Of a stretch of 64,000 nt of DNA, positions 27,403 to 38,954 are shown piece after piece; within the stretch, counting starts at the first letter, position 1, and each line of letters begins with the position of its first letter. The stretch is from assembly GCA_973895155.1 (NCBI GenBank), contig OZ316891.1, forward strand, positions 27,813,561 through 27,877,560, read 5' to 3'. Position numbers and translations under genes: made by a program. Below the pieces are notes generated by a model. It was given only the letters and a program-made list of their open reading frames with translations, was not told the DNA's origin and did no database searches. The DNA comes from Marsupella aquatica. Taxonomy: Eukaryota > Plantae > Marchantiophyta.

Positions 27403-30400
27403 CTACTTGTGATGCAATTGCAAAACCTGCAATATGTCACGGTGTCTAGAAAAACTCTCCAAAGGAATCACTTTGGTAAATGCGTCAGCCGGGTTGAGTT
27501 TACCATCAATCTTGACTAGCTCAAACAAATTATCAGACACAGCCTGCCTGATAAAATGGTACCTGACGTCAATGTGCTTCACTCTGCTGTCCATCACCTG
27601 GTTCACAGCAAGGTGGAGCGCACTTTGACTATCACAATGGAGCTTCACATTCCCCTGTGGCAATCCCATTTCAGTGATAAGTCTATCCAACCAAATCGCT
27701 TCCTTTGCTGCTTCCGCAGTTGCAACATACTCCGCTTCTGTAGTAGACTGAGCAATACACTTCTGCAAAGTAGACCTTCAACTTATGCATCCACCGCCAA
27801 GTGTGAACACGTATCCTGTTGTTGATCTCCTTCGGTCCAAATCTTGTCCATAGTCAGAATCTACATAGCCAATCAATGATCTAGCATTCTTTGCATTCGC
27901 ATCAAATAAAAGACCATGATCCACGGTACCCTTCAAGTACCTGATAATCCACTTCACTGCTTCCCAGTGTACCTTCCCTGGATTCGACATGTACCTGCTC
28001 ACCTTGCCCATAGCCATGGCAAGATCAGGTCTAGTGCAAGTCATCAAATACATGAGACTCCCCACTGCCTTGTCATATGGAACCTTTGACATCAACCCCT
28101 TCTCTGTGTCATCCGTAGGACAGAACGCTGATGATAACTTGAAGTGTGGAGCCAACGGGGTACTTACTGGCTTGCTATTCTCCATGTTGAACCTTGCAAT
28201 TACCTTCCTCGCATAACTGCTCTGCGTCAACCATAGCTTGCCAGCCTCCAAGTCCCTAGTGATCTCCATACCCAAAATCCTCTTAGCTGGCCCTAAGTCC
28301 TTCATCTTAAACTCTGCACTAAGCAGTGCCTTGAGCTTAACAATCTCAGACCTATCCTTGGCTGTAATTAGCATGTCATCCACATAAAGTACTAAAACAA
28401 TGAACCCAAAGACAAAATTCTTCACCGGTTTCAAATACACACAAGGGTCAAATACACTTCTGTGAAAACCTTGTGACCGAATCCAATCGTCAAACCGCTT
28501 GTTCCACTGTCTTGGTGACTGCTTCAACCCATACAAGGATTTCAGCAATCTGCAAACCAATTCCTCCTGTCCTATCTTCACAAAACCTAGCGGTTGTCTC
28601 ATGAAGATCACCTCTTCCAATGTGCCATAGAGGAAAGCTGTGACAACATCCATCTGATCTAGGAGCAGACCAAACATTACAACAAGTACACACAATAGTC
28701 GTATTGTAGAGTACTTAGCAACTGGTGAGAAGACCTCATTGTAATCCACACCTTTCTCTTGTGTGAATCCCTTTGCTACCAATCTAGCCTTGTAGACCTT
28801 CGATCCACCTCCTATGGAATTATCCTTCAGCTTGTAAATCCACTTGCTGTCCACCACTTGCTGACCCTTAGGCAGCTTAACAAGCTCCCAAGTTTTGTTG
28901 TCCTTTAGTGACTGCATCTCCGTTTGCATTGCTGCAGTCCACTTCTGCTTCTCTTTTGAAGCACTTGCCTCATGAAATGAAGAAGGTTCTCCTTCTTCCA
29001 AAATTAACGCATCACCCTCATCATCAGCTGTAAAATCATCCTCTTGCAGTTGAGATGAATCAACCCACTGTCCATACCTTGATGGAGCGCGTACAGTGCG
29101 ACCAGATGTTCTTCTAGCCGATGACTCCGGTTGATCTGCGTGTGCTGGTACAATTTGAAGCTCAACAGCATCCACTTGTTGCTCACCAGCATCAACAAAC
29201 TCCTCTGGTTCCTCTGGCACAGGAACCAGCTCCATAATTGGAGCAACTCCTCTCCGGTCATGCACCTCATAACCAATCTCCCCCTCAACGAGATCCGGGA
29301 TAGGAGATTTTCCTTTGTAAGTACGGGAGACCTGAGTATTCTCCCCCTCCTTCAATAATCTGGATTCATTGAAGGAAACATCCCTACTGACAACGAGCTT
29401 ACAGGCAATAGGATCCCATAGCCTATAGGCTTTCACACCACTCTGGTACCCAAGAAAAACACATTTCCTGGAGGTAGGATCCAACTTGGTCCTATTCTGC
29501 TTTGGTGTGAGAGCATATGCATCACTTCCAAAAATTACCAAGCCATGATAGTCTGCTTGCCGCTTATAGCGCATCTCAAACGGCGTTTTGAAATTGATAG
29601 CACTAGAAGGAGAAAGATTTACCAAATAAGCTGCGGTATTGACAGCTTCTGCCCAAAATTCTTGTGGTAAACCTGATTGGCTCAACATACTCCGTGACCG
29701 CTCCAACAGTGTCCGATTGAGCCTCTCAGCGACACCATTCTGCTGCGGAGTATAAACTATGGTGAGATGGCGAGTTATCCCCTGTTCTGAACATATATTA
29801 CTCTTCAAATTCCATTGAAGTGTACTCCCCGCCGTTGTCTGACCTCAGACTCTTCACCCTTGTATCCAAACACTTGATCGTGTTTCCAGTCTGATTCTCC
29901 ACCTGGGCCTTCCACTTCTTAAAAATGGACAAGACATCAGACTTATGCGTCATGAAATAAATCCACACAAATCTTGAGTAATCATCAATAAATGATACAT
30001 AGTACAACTTTCCAGAGTGTGAGGGAGTCGGGGATGGACCCCACACGTCACTATGTATGTACTCAAGAACCGCTTTGGAACGATGAGTTCCAACACCAAA
30101 AGCACGACGATGCTGCTTTCCAAGAATGCAATGCTCACAAAACTCTAATTTACAAGATTGCAAATCAGAAATGAGTCCATTCTTCCGTAAGATAGCCAAA
30201 CCCTTCTCACTCATGTGGCCTAGCCGTGAATGCCACAGTTGAGTCATCTCCTCGTGAGACTTGGTTACATTGGCCTCTCCACATACAGTATTGCCCTGTA
30301 ACACATACAAATTCTTTTGTCTACTCCCCTTCAAAATCACTGTCTCTCCCGACCTGACTTGAAGTTCACCATCAATAACGCTCCATTGATGACCATTTGA

Positions 30401-30676
30401 ATCCAACACACCGAGTGAAATCAGATTCTTACGCATGCCAGGTACATACCTGACTCCGGACACTGTGCGCACAGCGCCATCAAACATTTGAATCTTCACA
30501 GACCCAATTCCCTCAATTTGACAGGAGTGATCATTTCCCATCAGAACTGAACCGTTTGAAATAGAGTAAGAACTGAAAAACTCACGAATGTAACAAATAT
30601 GAAAAGAGCAAGCACAATCAAGAATCCACACATCATCTGCTCTCCTAGATGACGTGCACAGGGCATACCCCCGGCT
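27403..30676 (-). pseudogene. Copia pol (protease, GAG-pre-integrase, integrase, RT, RNase H), disrupted
   Basis: Motifs WILDCACSFH, LWHSRLGHMSE..CEHC, HSDVWGP, LRSDNGGEY, PQQNGVAER, YKARLVAKGF, QMDVVTAFL, SLYGLKQSPRQW, LYVDDML, STTEAEY and KHIDVRYHF. Frameshift at 29794-29800 and TGG>TGA at 27778-27780. Confidence 0.93.
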
Positions 30677-31711
30677 TCATAAAACATACTCATCATTGAG
30701 TAAATCAGCTTCTCCATCAGCCCTAGCCACATTTGCCGATGAAGTTTCCGCTGCCTTTCCCTTACAGTCTCGCTTGAAGTGTCCAACTTGGTTGCACTTC
30801 CAACATGTCACCTGCCTCCTCTGAGGGGATTTACCCTTGGACTTAGATCTGGATTTAGATCTAAACTGGGTTCTACGGTCCCCAGTTGGTCGCTGCATAC
30901 TCCTCCCACGGTTAACATTGAGGGCAGCACCAGATGATGAAGGCTGTGACGTGATGTGCATCTTCTGTTGAAGATCATCACTAAGCAGAGAACTTACCAC
31001 GTCATTGTATGAAATGGTATCCCTATCACGATGCAACAACACTCGTGATAGGGACTGGTAAGATGGAGGCAATGAACTAAGAAGCTGCAGAGCCTTCGTC
31101 TCATCATTCAAAGTCTCCCCAAGGTTTTCCAAGTCAACGACCATGTCGTTGAAAGCATCCACATGGTCTTGCAACTTCGTACCAGATTCCTTCATCTTGA
31201 AACTCATCAGTTTGTAGGAAGTGTAGAGCCGGTTCGACAACTCCTTGCGGTGATACTTGCTCTGCAATTCCGCAAATAAGGACATGCAATCCTTATGTGC
31301 ACCCAACTGCTTGATGATGGGAGGCATGAGATAGAGTGTAACACACCACACTCCCTGCTCCTGCATGCGGTCCCATTGTTTCTCATCAACATCGTCTTCA
31401 CGAGGGCTCAGCAGTTGGCCCATCCCTAACGCATAAAGCACTCCCTTCACCTGCTTCTCCCATAGCAAGTAGTCAGAGCGCCCATCATACTTTGTCACTT
31501 CATACTTGGGTCCCCCAAGCTTGAAAGTCCCCATCTTCTTCTTTACCGTGAGCTCCGGTAGTAGTACTGCTTCCTCCACCACACGCCGCACCGGTGATGG
31601 TATCGGTGTCACGTGCTCTTCCTCCTGCTCCTCTCTCTGCCCCTGAAACCTCCGCGGTGACCCTCGTGCTTCAAGTTCCACGTCTTCGAAAAACTCCTCC
31701 GAATCACTCAT
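30677..31711 (-). CDS. Copia Gag (344 aa) with CCHC zinc knuckle
   Basis: KYEVTKYDGRSDYLLW, LLSSLPPSY and CWKCNQVGHFKRDC. Ends at a TGA that is in frame with pol. Confidence 0.9.
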   Translation of the reverse strand: MSDSEEFFEDVELEARGSPRRFQGQREEQEEEHVTPIPSPVRRVVEEAVLLPELTVKKKMGTFKLGGPKYEVTKYDGRSDYLLWEKQVKGVLYALGMGQLLSPREDDVDEKQWDRMQEQGVWCVTLYLMPPIIKQLGAHKDCMSLFAELQSKYHRKELSNRLYTSYKLMSFKMKESGTKLQDHVDAFNDMVVDLENLGETLNDETKALQLLSSLPPSYQSLSRVLLHRDRDTISYNDVVSSLLSDDLQQKMHITSQPSSSGAALNVNRGRSMQRPTGDRRTQFRSKSRSKSKGKSPQRRQVTCWKCNQVGHFKRDCKGKAAETSSANVARADGEADLLNDEYVL

Positions 31712-32397
31712 ATGAGAAAGTCACAAAAAATGTTGTTTTTCACAACTTCTCAAAAAACTCGAAACTCAACACCGCCGCGTAGCCCACAAAGCTAGGAGTC
31801 CAATACAGAAAACCGAAATCAAAATCAAAATTTGACGGAAAAGTTATTCAAATTTCGGTCGAGGTGGGTAAAACCTTGGGAAACTCCCCCGTTTTGACCA
31901 CCTCAGGGAATAACCGAAATACCAAGTACAACCCATTGTCGGAATTACGATGTGATTGGTGCGCCGCGTTGCCAACTTCAATGGCTACGACCTTGTCAAC
32001 AACGAATGTTGATCAATTGCACTTGGTGCCGTCACCAATCCAACAAGGTAATTGATTTTGCTTAGCCTTCCTCTTTGCATCAAAGAGCCAATCCCGGACT
32101 CAAAACAATCGTCTTGCCTCAATCTCTCCGTTGAGTCAAAACACTTGACGCTTCTCCCTCCGAGTCGATTGTCAACTTTCTTCACAAAATCCAGAACGAC
32201 GAAAACTTAGATCTCTCTGCACCACGAGCTCCGTTCAGCGATTTCTTCACACCGTTAGAAAGCTCTTGCCCCGATCTATCCGTTGAGCCCATAAACTCCA
32301 AGTTCCATGTGACGGAACTCCGGGAAATCCACCGACACTCAACGCTGGAAAAACCGTAATGAAATCCCGTCATGAACACACGTCACCTCCCAAGCAT

Positions 32398-32409
32398 GCT
32401 CTGATACCA
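32398..32409 (-). other. Primer-binding site complementary to initiator tRNA-Met
   Basis: Minus-strand TGGTATCAGAGC lies 2 nt inside the 5' LTR. Confidence 0.93.
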
Positions 32410-32411
32410 AT

Positions 32412-32868
32412 TGTTGAGCATAGACGACGATCGCAACGGCAAGCCCATGAACCATCCAACGCACAATAGTCGACACAAGAGATACGTGGTTCACCTCCTT
32501 GAGGCTACGTCCACGGGAACACACAAGAGAGCTTTACTGAACTCTAAGCCCGTCGGCTATACCGAGTCTCCACAGTGTAAGCTCTCTCTATCTCTCAAGT
32601 GGCTCCATAACAATGAGCCTTGGTTCTACCTCTCCAAGCACACATGCCTCTTATGATATAGTGTGCAACTTAGTTGTACCTAACCACATAGTTGTACCTA
32701 ATCACGTAGTTGTACCTAACCACATAGTTGTACCTAATCACGTAGTTGTACCTAACCACATAGTTGTATCTAATCACGTAGTTGTACCTAACCACGTAGT
32801 TGTACCAACCCACGTTGTTGTACCAACCACGTCATACCTAACCTAGACGTAAGAGTAAATACCCAACA
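32412..32868 (-). repeat. 5' LTR (457 bp)
   Basis: Direct repeat of 26755-27211, adjacent to the PBS. Confidence 0.96.
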
Positions 32869-32873
32869 GAGGA

Positions 32874-33025
32874 TATGTGTGGGTGGTGTGTAGTGGTGGG
32901 AGTATTGGTTTCTCCTCAGCCCCTGACTGGCCAGCTGTTAGGCCCTGGTTTAACCCTCTCTCCCTCTTGGTCTGGTCCCCGTTGGATCCCTAGCTATTGC
33001 CCCCTTTGGAGTCCCCTTGTGGCTA
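32874..33025 (+). repeat. Diverged copy of the repeat arrayed at 37898-38399, split by the copia insertion
   Basis: GTGTGGGTGG.GTGTAGTG.TGGGAGT..TGGTTTCTCCTCAGCCC..CTCTCTCCCTC.TGGT..CCCCTTGTGGCTA matches the reverse complement of the array unit. Homology continues on the left of the TSD (ATGGGTGTGGAGG). Confidence 0.8.
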
Positions 33026-34764
33026 TCCCACATAAAATTGCATGCTCCAAAGCAGAATGTCTGATTTAGACATTCAATGCAAAATAAAGAATGGGCACTG
33101 GCTCCACCTTTTGTGGTGAGTACATTGTTGACCACAGGACACAAATGTGCATAAACAAGGTAGAGAATGTGGCTTTTATAAGGGCAGGTGTGATTTAAGT
33201 TGAATGAGAACTAAGGTTGCCACATGGACAGGACACCTAAGGAATCCACTGAAAACCTTCTGTTACTGGTCAAATGCATGTTTGCATGTCATGTAAGGAA
33301 CATAAGTGTAGAATGTGCTATGTGAGTAAATTGTGACTTTTCCTTTAATTGCGTCCATCAGAGTTATGCCTGCATGACCATCCAGGCATCATATCATCCA
33401 AGCATCATGTTAAACATTTGTTTTCATATAAGCTTCCACTTCCCTCTTCCAACTAATAAACTGACATTCTGATAATTAATCTTCTCTTTGTTTCTCACGG
33501 TATGCTTACAAAAAGTCATGGGGGAAATCTCCTTGGTCCTTCAATTATATATGGTAACATTTTTTCTTGCTCACAGACTACTTGAATCCCATTGCCAAGA
33601 TTGACTCATTGACTCCTTGTAGCATTGCCTGCCCATCTCATTTATGCTCAACAATACTTCCGCTCAACACCACTACAACATATGCAATGCTCAGGCACTG
33701 GGCTAGTCTCACTACTATAACATGCTATCCCCTGCCCCATTTCTCCATGTTGTCCGCTTACGAAAAGCAAAAAAAGGTTGGAGCAAAATCTGACCATAGG
33801 TTGATAAAACATATTTCCTTGACCGGTCAATCAAGAAAATATTCCTCCTACCGGCATGTCTGCACATTATCACAATCGGCATGCACACACCTTACCCTTG
33901 GAGAACATGTGTACACATCTTACCATTGTACTCATGGAGGGAAAACTACACTTGCATGTAGGGCATGTGATCGAGCTAGCAACAGTACCACAATACCTGG
34001 AGTCTAAGTGTACAGTTATAGTACATTTGCCTGGTAGTGTACAATGCACAATTGCACCCTACATAAGTGTGTGGTGCACCACGTCTGCCTTACTTAGAAA
34101 CCAAAAGAAAAAAAGAACAAAAAACTAAATATTTAAAAAAATTTAAAAACCAAAAATGAAGAAGAAAATTTACAAAAATCATGAAGGATTACAAAAAGAA
34201 ATAAAAAATTAAAGAAAGACTAAATTTTTAAAAAGACTAAACTAAATACAAAATTAAAGAAAATTTCAAAAACATCTCTCCCTCCTATGGCATGGTAATG
34301 TTTGGACTCTACCAAGCTGTCCCTACCATGGTTGGCTAGTCTCAATCCCTACACCCTTGCCCTGAGTTGCCCTCAGAAAGAACCACATTGACCAAATGAT
34401 GATATCTTTGGAATAAAAAGCATCCAAGTTGAATGATGAGACTTTGCATTGAAAAAATGAGCACAAATACAGTCACAAACAACAAATTTTGAATTATGAC
34501 AATAGTTTGTTGCATTATTTGCAATTGGTTGCTTCCCCACAACATTTTCATGTAGCACATGACCAGGTCTGGTTGCACCAATGACTACATGGTTGCAACG
34601 ACCACATGGGGTCATGACAACAATGATCACCTTCAATTCTTTTTTGGCTTGTCTTCACATTTTTGTGTCAAGCACCAGTATTGCTGCAAGCTGAGACATG
34701 GCTGCAATGATCACATGGTTATATTGACTACAATGATAAAATTTCAAACTTTCAAAACTTTTGA

Positions 34765-34950
34765 AAAGCTTTGAATAAATATGATAACTCAAACACAAAA
34801 ATTCATTAAACAAATACAAACAAAACAAAACAAAAACACTCCCTCTTATCACCTTTGTCACCTATTTTGCGTCCTATGCTCTAACCTTTGCTCTCCCCAA
34901 CAATAAGATTTTTGAAACAATAACTGTGACCAAAATGATAAAGATTCTTT
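34765..34950 (+). repeat. Old dispersed repeat, homologous to ~52045-52280
   Basis: CTTTGAATAAATAT..AAACAAAACAAAACAAAAA..CTCCCCAA..GTGACCAAAATGATAAA occurs at both loci. Confidence 0.65.
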
Positions 34951-35465
34951 GCCTTGCTTACATTTGTTGTCCTACTATTATATCCTTGTCTCCCTTGCAT
35001 TTGTTTGCCTTGCTTTGACATTGTTGCCTCACTTTGACATCTTTGTCTCATCTTTACATCTAAATTTGCCTTAACATTTGTGTCTTGCCTTGACATCTTT
35101 GTCTCACCTCAACATCTTCTGTACAAAGGACGGGCATTGGGCTTGTAAGGGGTATAATAAACTATATTCATACCAAAATCTACCCATATATTTGCAATCA
35201 ACAAGTATCTTCAAGGCCTATGGTCTAGAGTGACATGTGGGGACTGCAACTTTTGGAGCCTAATTTGAGTTGTGTGTGGCACACAAGTAATGGGGGCCAA
35301 TCTATTGAAATGGTGCAAGGGGGCTTGAGTATACTCCCCTCTATTTAGGCTAAAAAAAGGGGCACTTAGGCTAGCCACAAATTCACCCAATTTCGATGAC
35401 AAGTAAATAAAATAATGCACATAGAAGTATTTTGATTGAGGTTTTCGTGTGACCTAAATTTTGAG

Positions 35466-35474
35466 AAACCCTAG
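35466..35474 (+). promoter_or_regulatory. Telo-box upstream of RPL24
   Basis: AAACCCTAG about 180 bp upstream of the ATG, just before a CT-rich leader. Typical of plant ribosomal-protein promoters. Confidence 0.65.
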
Positions 35475-35645
35475 TCCGTTCGTTCGGTTTTCTCTGCTCT
35501 TCGTTTCTCCTCTCTCTTCGTTGTTGTGCCTCTTTTCTCGTTGGTCTGGACTGTGAACCTCTTCCACGTTCTTTTCGGCACCGATTGATCGATCAGCCGA
35601 GCAGCTGCTGCTGCATGCTCGGAGGAGTTACGAGGAGGTCTCGCC

Positions 35646-36631
35646 ATGGTGCTCAAGTACGTAATGCTCACCCAAATTCGCTCTGAACCACTCCACTAGA
35701 GCACTCCGTTTTTCCTGTTCTCGTTCGCCGCAGGTTTTGTGGTTTGTGATCTCTATTTGTTGCTTCGGTGGAGATTTGTTGATGCACTGTGAATCGATGT
35801 GCGAGTCTGTTAACTGTGCCCGCTTGATTTGGTTTGACCTCTTGCAGGACGGAGGTCTGCCGCTTTAGCGGCTCGAAGATTTATCCCGGGCGGGGAATTA
35901 GGTTTATCCGCAGTGACTCGCAGGTTTTCCTGTTTGTTAACTCGAAGTGCAAGCATTACTTCCACAACCGGCTGAAACCATCCAAGCTCACCTGGACTGC
36001 GTTGTATAGGAAGCAACATAAAAAGGTATGTGGGGCTCTGCTAGCTTTCTTTGAGTTTCCTATATGTCATTACCCTGTACGTGAAATGGTTGTTATGAAG
36101 CTTTATATGTGATACTCAAAGCTGCTCTGTCGTCGTTAGGACATCCTTTCGGAGACCGTTAAGAGAAAACGCCGAGCCACGAGCAAGCCCTACTCGAGAT
36201 CCATTGTCGGTGCTTCGCTGGAAGTCATCCAGAAGAAGAGAACCGAGAAGACCGAAGTTCGTGCCGCTGCTCGTGAGGCAGCGCTTCGGTGAGTGACGTT
36301 CATATCAGATAGTTCTCTTGCGAATTGTAATGAGAGCATTCCTACTGAATTAGTAGCTTGCGCAATTACATTCCTTCGGGGGCAATTGTCTTTCAATCCT
36401 GTGCATTTCTTCTTGTGGTGTCCATTTACGGTTGTAATCAGACGCTATCTTTCAATAAGTGCATTCTTGTTTTCTAGGGAGATCAAGGAGAGAATTAAGA
36501 AGACGAAGGATGACAAGAAGGCCAAGAAGGCAGAGGCCGTGAAAGGTAGCTCAAAGGCCGGCAAGCCTCAGGTTGCTAGGGCAGCTCCAGGCCCGAAAGC
36601 TAAGACTGGTGGAGGCGGTGGCAAGCGGTAA
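35646..36631 (+). CDS. RPL24: 60S ribosomal protein L24 (eL24)
   Basis: Exons 35646-35656, 35848-36025, 36140-36288 and 36478-36631 with GT-AG introns. Protein [75 protein letters not shown]. Confidence 0.97.
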
Positions 36632-37212
36632 TTGCTATAGGATATACTGTACTCCAGGAAGTTAATGGATCATCCGTTTACCTAGCGCGGGAAAGGTTTT
36701 GTACATGGGCAGGGTCTTGTATTTCGCAACGGCCGAGGTTGAGGTATTTTTGAGGTTTTGGCCCCAATTTGTAAACAGATAATTGTGAGGAATAACGAGC
36801 TGGGGTCTACTTTTGGTCTCCTCATATGGTTTCATGCAACCTGGATCTCAAAATCGATTAAAGCCCCGAGAGTAAGCTCAAGTAGCAGACCGTTGAGAAA
36901 GAGCTCAAGGCGCCCAAGAATTATCACAACTATAATTACTGCATTGGTTTTCTTTAACAATCATAAATTTGAACATGGTTTGCTGTGAGGTATCAATTGC
37001 TACCGACTATGCTTGAGACTGAATTCGTACTTAAGGGAAGCATTGTGCAGCGATCTTCGTCGTCTCATTGTAGCAAAGAGAATCTATGTAATATGAATTG
37101 GGGACTCCGTTTGATATGCTTCCTTTAGGCCCTTTCGGATTGGATCTAACAGCAGGCATGCCTCAACACCTCGAATACTTCCTTCAGTTTACGTTCTGTT
37201 GTCTATGTCATA

Positions 37213-37600
37213 GATTAGCAGGACGTGTAAAGATAGCTCAGAAGTTGTGAACTGAAGTTCAGTGCAGGGAATACACTATTGAAGAAGCAGAAGCGTTATG
37301 GATCGAAACTAACTATCCCCTAGATCACAAAGTGTTTCGTTCAAGTTCTGCCTCTGATCTCATCGATTAGGAAGAGGTGTTGTGAACTGAAATTGTGACA
37401 GTACAGGGAATACATTATTTTAGAAGCAGAAACGTCATAGATCGAAACTAACTGTTCCCTAGATCTCAAAGTGTTCAGTTTAAGTTCCGTCTGCGATTAG
37501 CAGGAACTGTAAAGATTTCTCAAAAGTGGTGAACTGAAATTCTGACAGTTTAGGGAATACATTGTTGTAGAAGCAGAAACGTCATGGATCGAAACCACCT
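37213..37600. repeat. Three diverged 130-150 bp tandem units with internal inverted repeats
   Basis: Units start with GATTAG at 37213, 37365 and 37495. Conserved blocks GTGAACTGAA, AGGGAATACA, AGAAGCAGAA and ATCGAAAC. Confidence 0.85.
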
Positions 37601-37897
37601 ATTCGATGACTGCAATATTTCACAAGAAGTGAGACTTCGTAAGTAGAGAATTATAATCAACCCTGACCTGTCAGATCGTACAATCTCCGTTTCATCAATA
37701 CGTACAGTACCCACCTCCTTCGACAGTATTAGTTAATCTCAGCATCTGACAAGGGTTGGGGTTCCACCGCTTTTGTTTTCTTTGCCTTGAGTACTGAAAG
37801 TTCACCCATCGAACAGAGGATAGACATCTTGACTACCTAAAGTTCACCCATCTACCAGAGGATAGCCATTACTCTGGAGCATACACCGCTGTATGGT

Positions 37898-38399
37898 AGC
37901 CCACAAAGGGGGTCATACCAGCCCACAAGGGGGTCATACCAGCCCACAAGGGGGGTCATACCCAGTACCAGGAGGGAGAGAGTGTTGGCCCAGAGCCCCT
38001 AGGCGGACGAGCCAAGCCCACAAGGGGGGTCATACCCAGTACCAGGAGGGAGAGAGTGTTGGCCCAGAGCCCCTAGGCGGAAAAGCCAAGGGCTGAGGAG
38101 AAACCTGGACTCCCATCACTACACCCCACCCACACACACAGCCAAGCCCACAAGGGGGGTCATACCCAGTACCAGGAGGGAGAGAGTGTTGGCCCAAAGC
38201 CCCTAGGCGGAAGAGCCAAGGGCTGAGGAGAAACCAGGACTCCCATCACTACACCCCACCCACACACACTCGCCCTCCACATAACCCTTGCATGTGGAGG
38301 GGGATTGGGATTTCTTGTTTCTAGGTCCATCCCCGCCCTCCACATAACCCTTGCATGTGGAGGGGGATTGGGATTTCTTGTTTCTAGGTCCATCCCCTG
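37898..38399. mobile_element. Nested head-to-tail array of five copies of a short repeat with one common end
   Basis: AGCCCACAA(A)GGGGG starts at 37898, 37920, 37941, 38015 and 38145 (unit lengths 22, 21, 74, 130 and ~255). The last unit has a 63-bp duplicated hairpin block. Flanks are GCTGTATGGT and GCTGATGGT. Confidence 0.75.
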
Positions 38400-38954
38400 G
38401 CTGATGGTGTATGTTGTCTGTCAGATAATCTGTCTTGACTAGAGTGGCTGGACTACATATTGTTGGAGATGAATTAAATGACCTAGAAGTTTGCATTGAT
38501 CACTCTCTTGTCAGTCCCCAAGACCCAAAGACTGTTAAGTCACATGCTTGGGTCATTTGCACGGGTAGATTTATCCATGGGCTGGTGTCTCCAAGAGCTG
38601 AGGAGTAGAGGACAAGGATAATTGAACTCATTTCGTCATTCATTTTTGAGTTAGATTTCATCCTGACATTTGCTTCATAACTGTGCCCTGTTGGTTAAAC
38701 AATTCTAGGGAGCAGATTCCTCAAATTCTTGGTACATATTTGGTTGAATTAGTTGTGGACCCCTGTATTGTAAGGATACTAATACATGTTTCATTTCATT
38801 CAACATTGTGAAGGGATGGAGACCCTAAATTGTTAATGCTTGTATGGCAACTAATAAATGATTAGTTTTATTCAACATTGTGAAGGGTTGAATGTTAGAG
38901 TTTATTTGCACTATATCAATATAAATACAAAGGTTGTAACTAAATAACAAATAT

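Larger units (their letters stand above)
26755..32868 (-). mobile_element. Full-length Ty1/copia LTR retrotransposon (Tnt1/Tork-like), 6114 bp, recent insertion, coding region disrupted
   Basis: Two 457-bp TG..CA LTRs, TSD GAGGA (26750-26754 and 32869-32873), PBS and PPT, and gag-PR-INT-RT-RH domain order on the minus strand. Confidence 0.97.

Noticed and set aside
38092-38240. CTGAGGA-GAAAC resembling a hammerhead ribozyme core
   Set aside because: There is no stem II between the two boxes, and I could not form a convincing stem III, NUH cleavage triplet or stem I.
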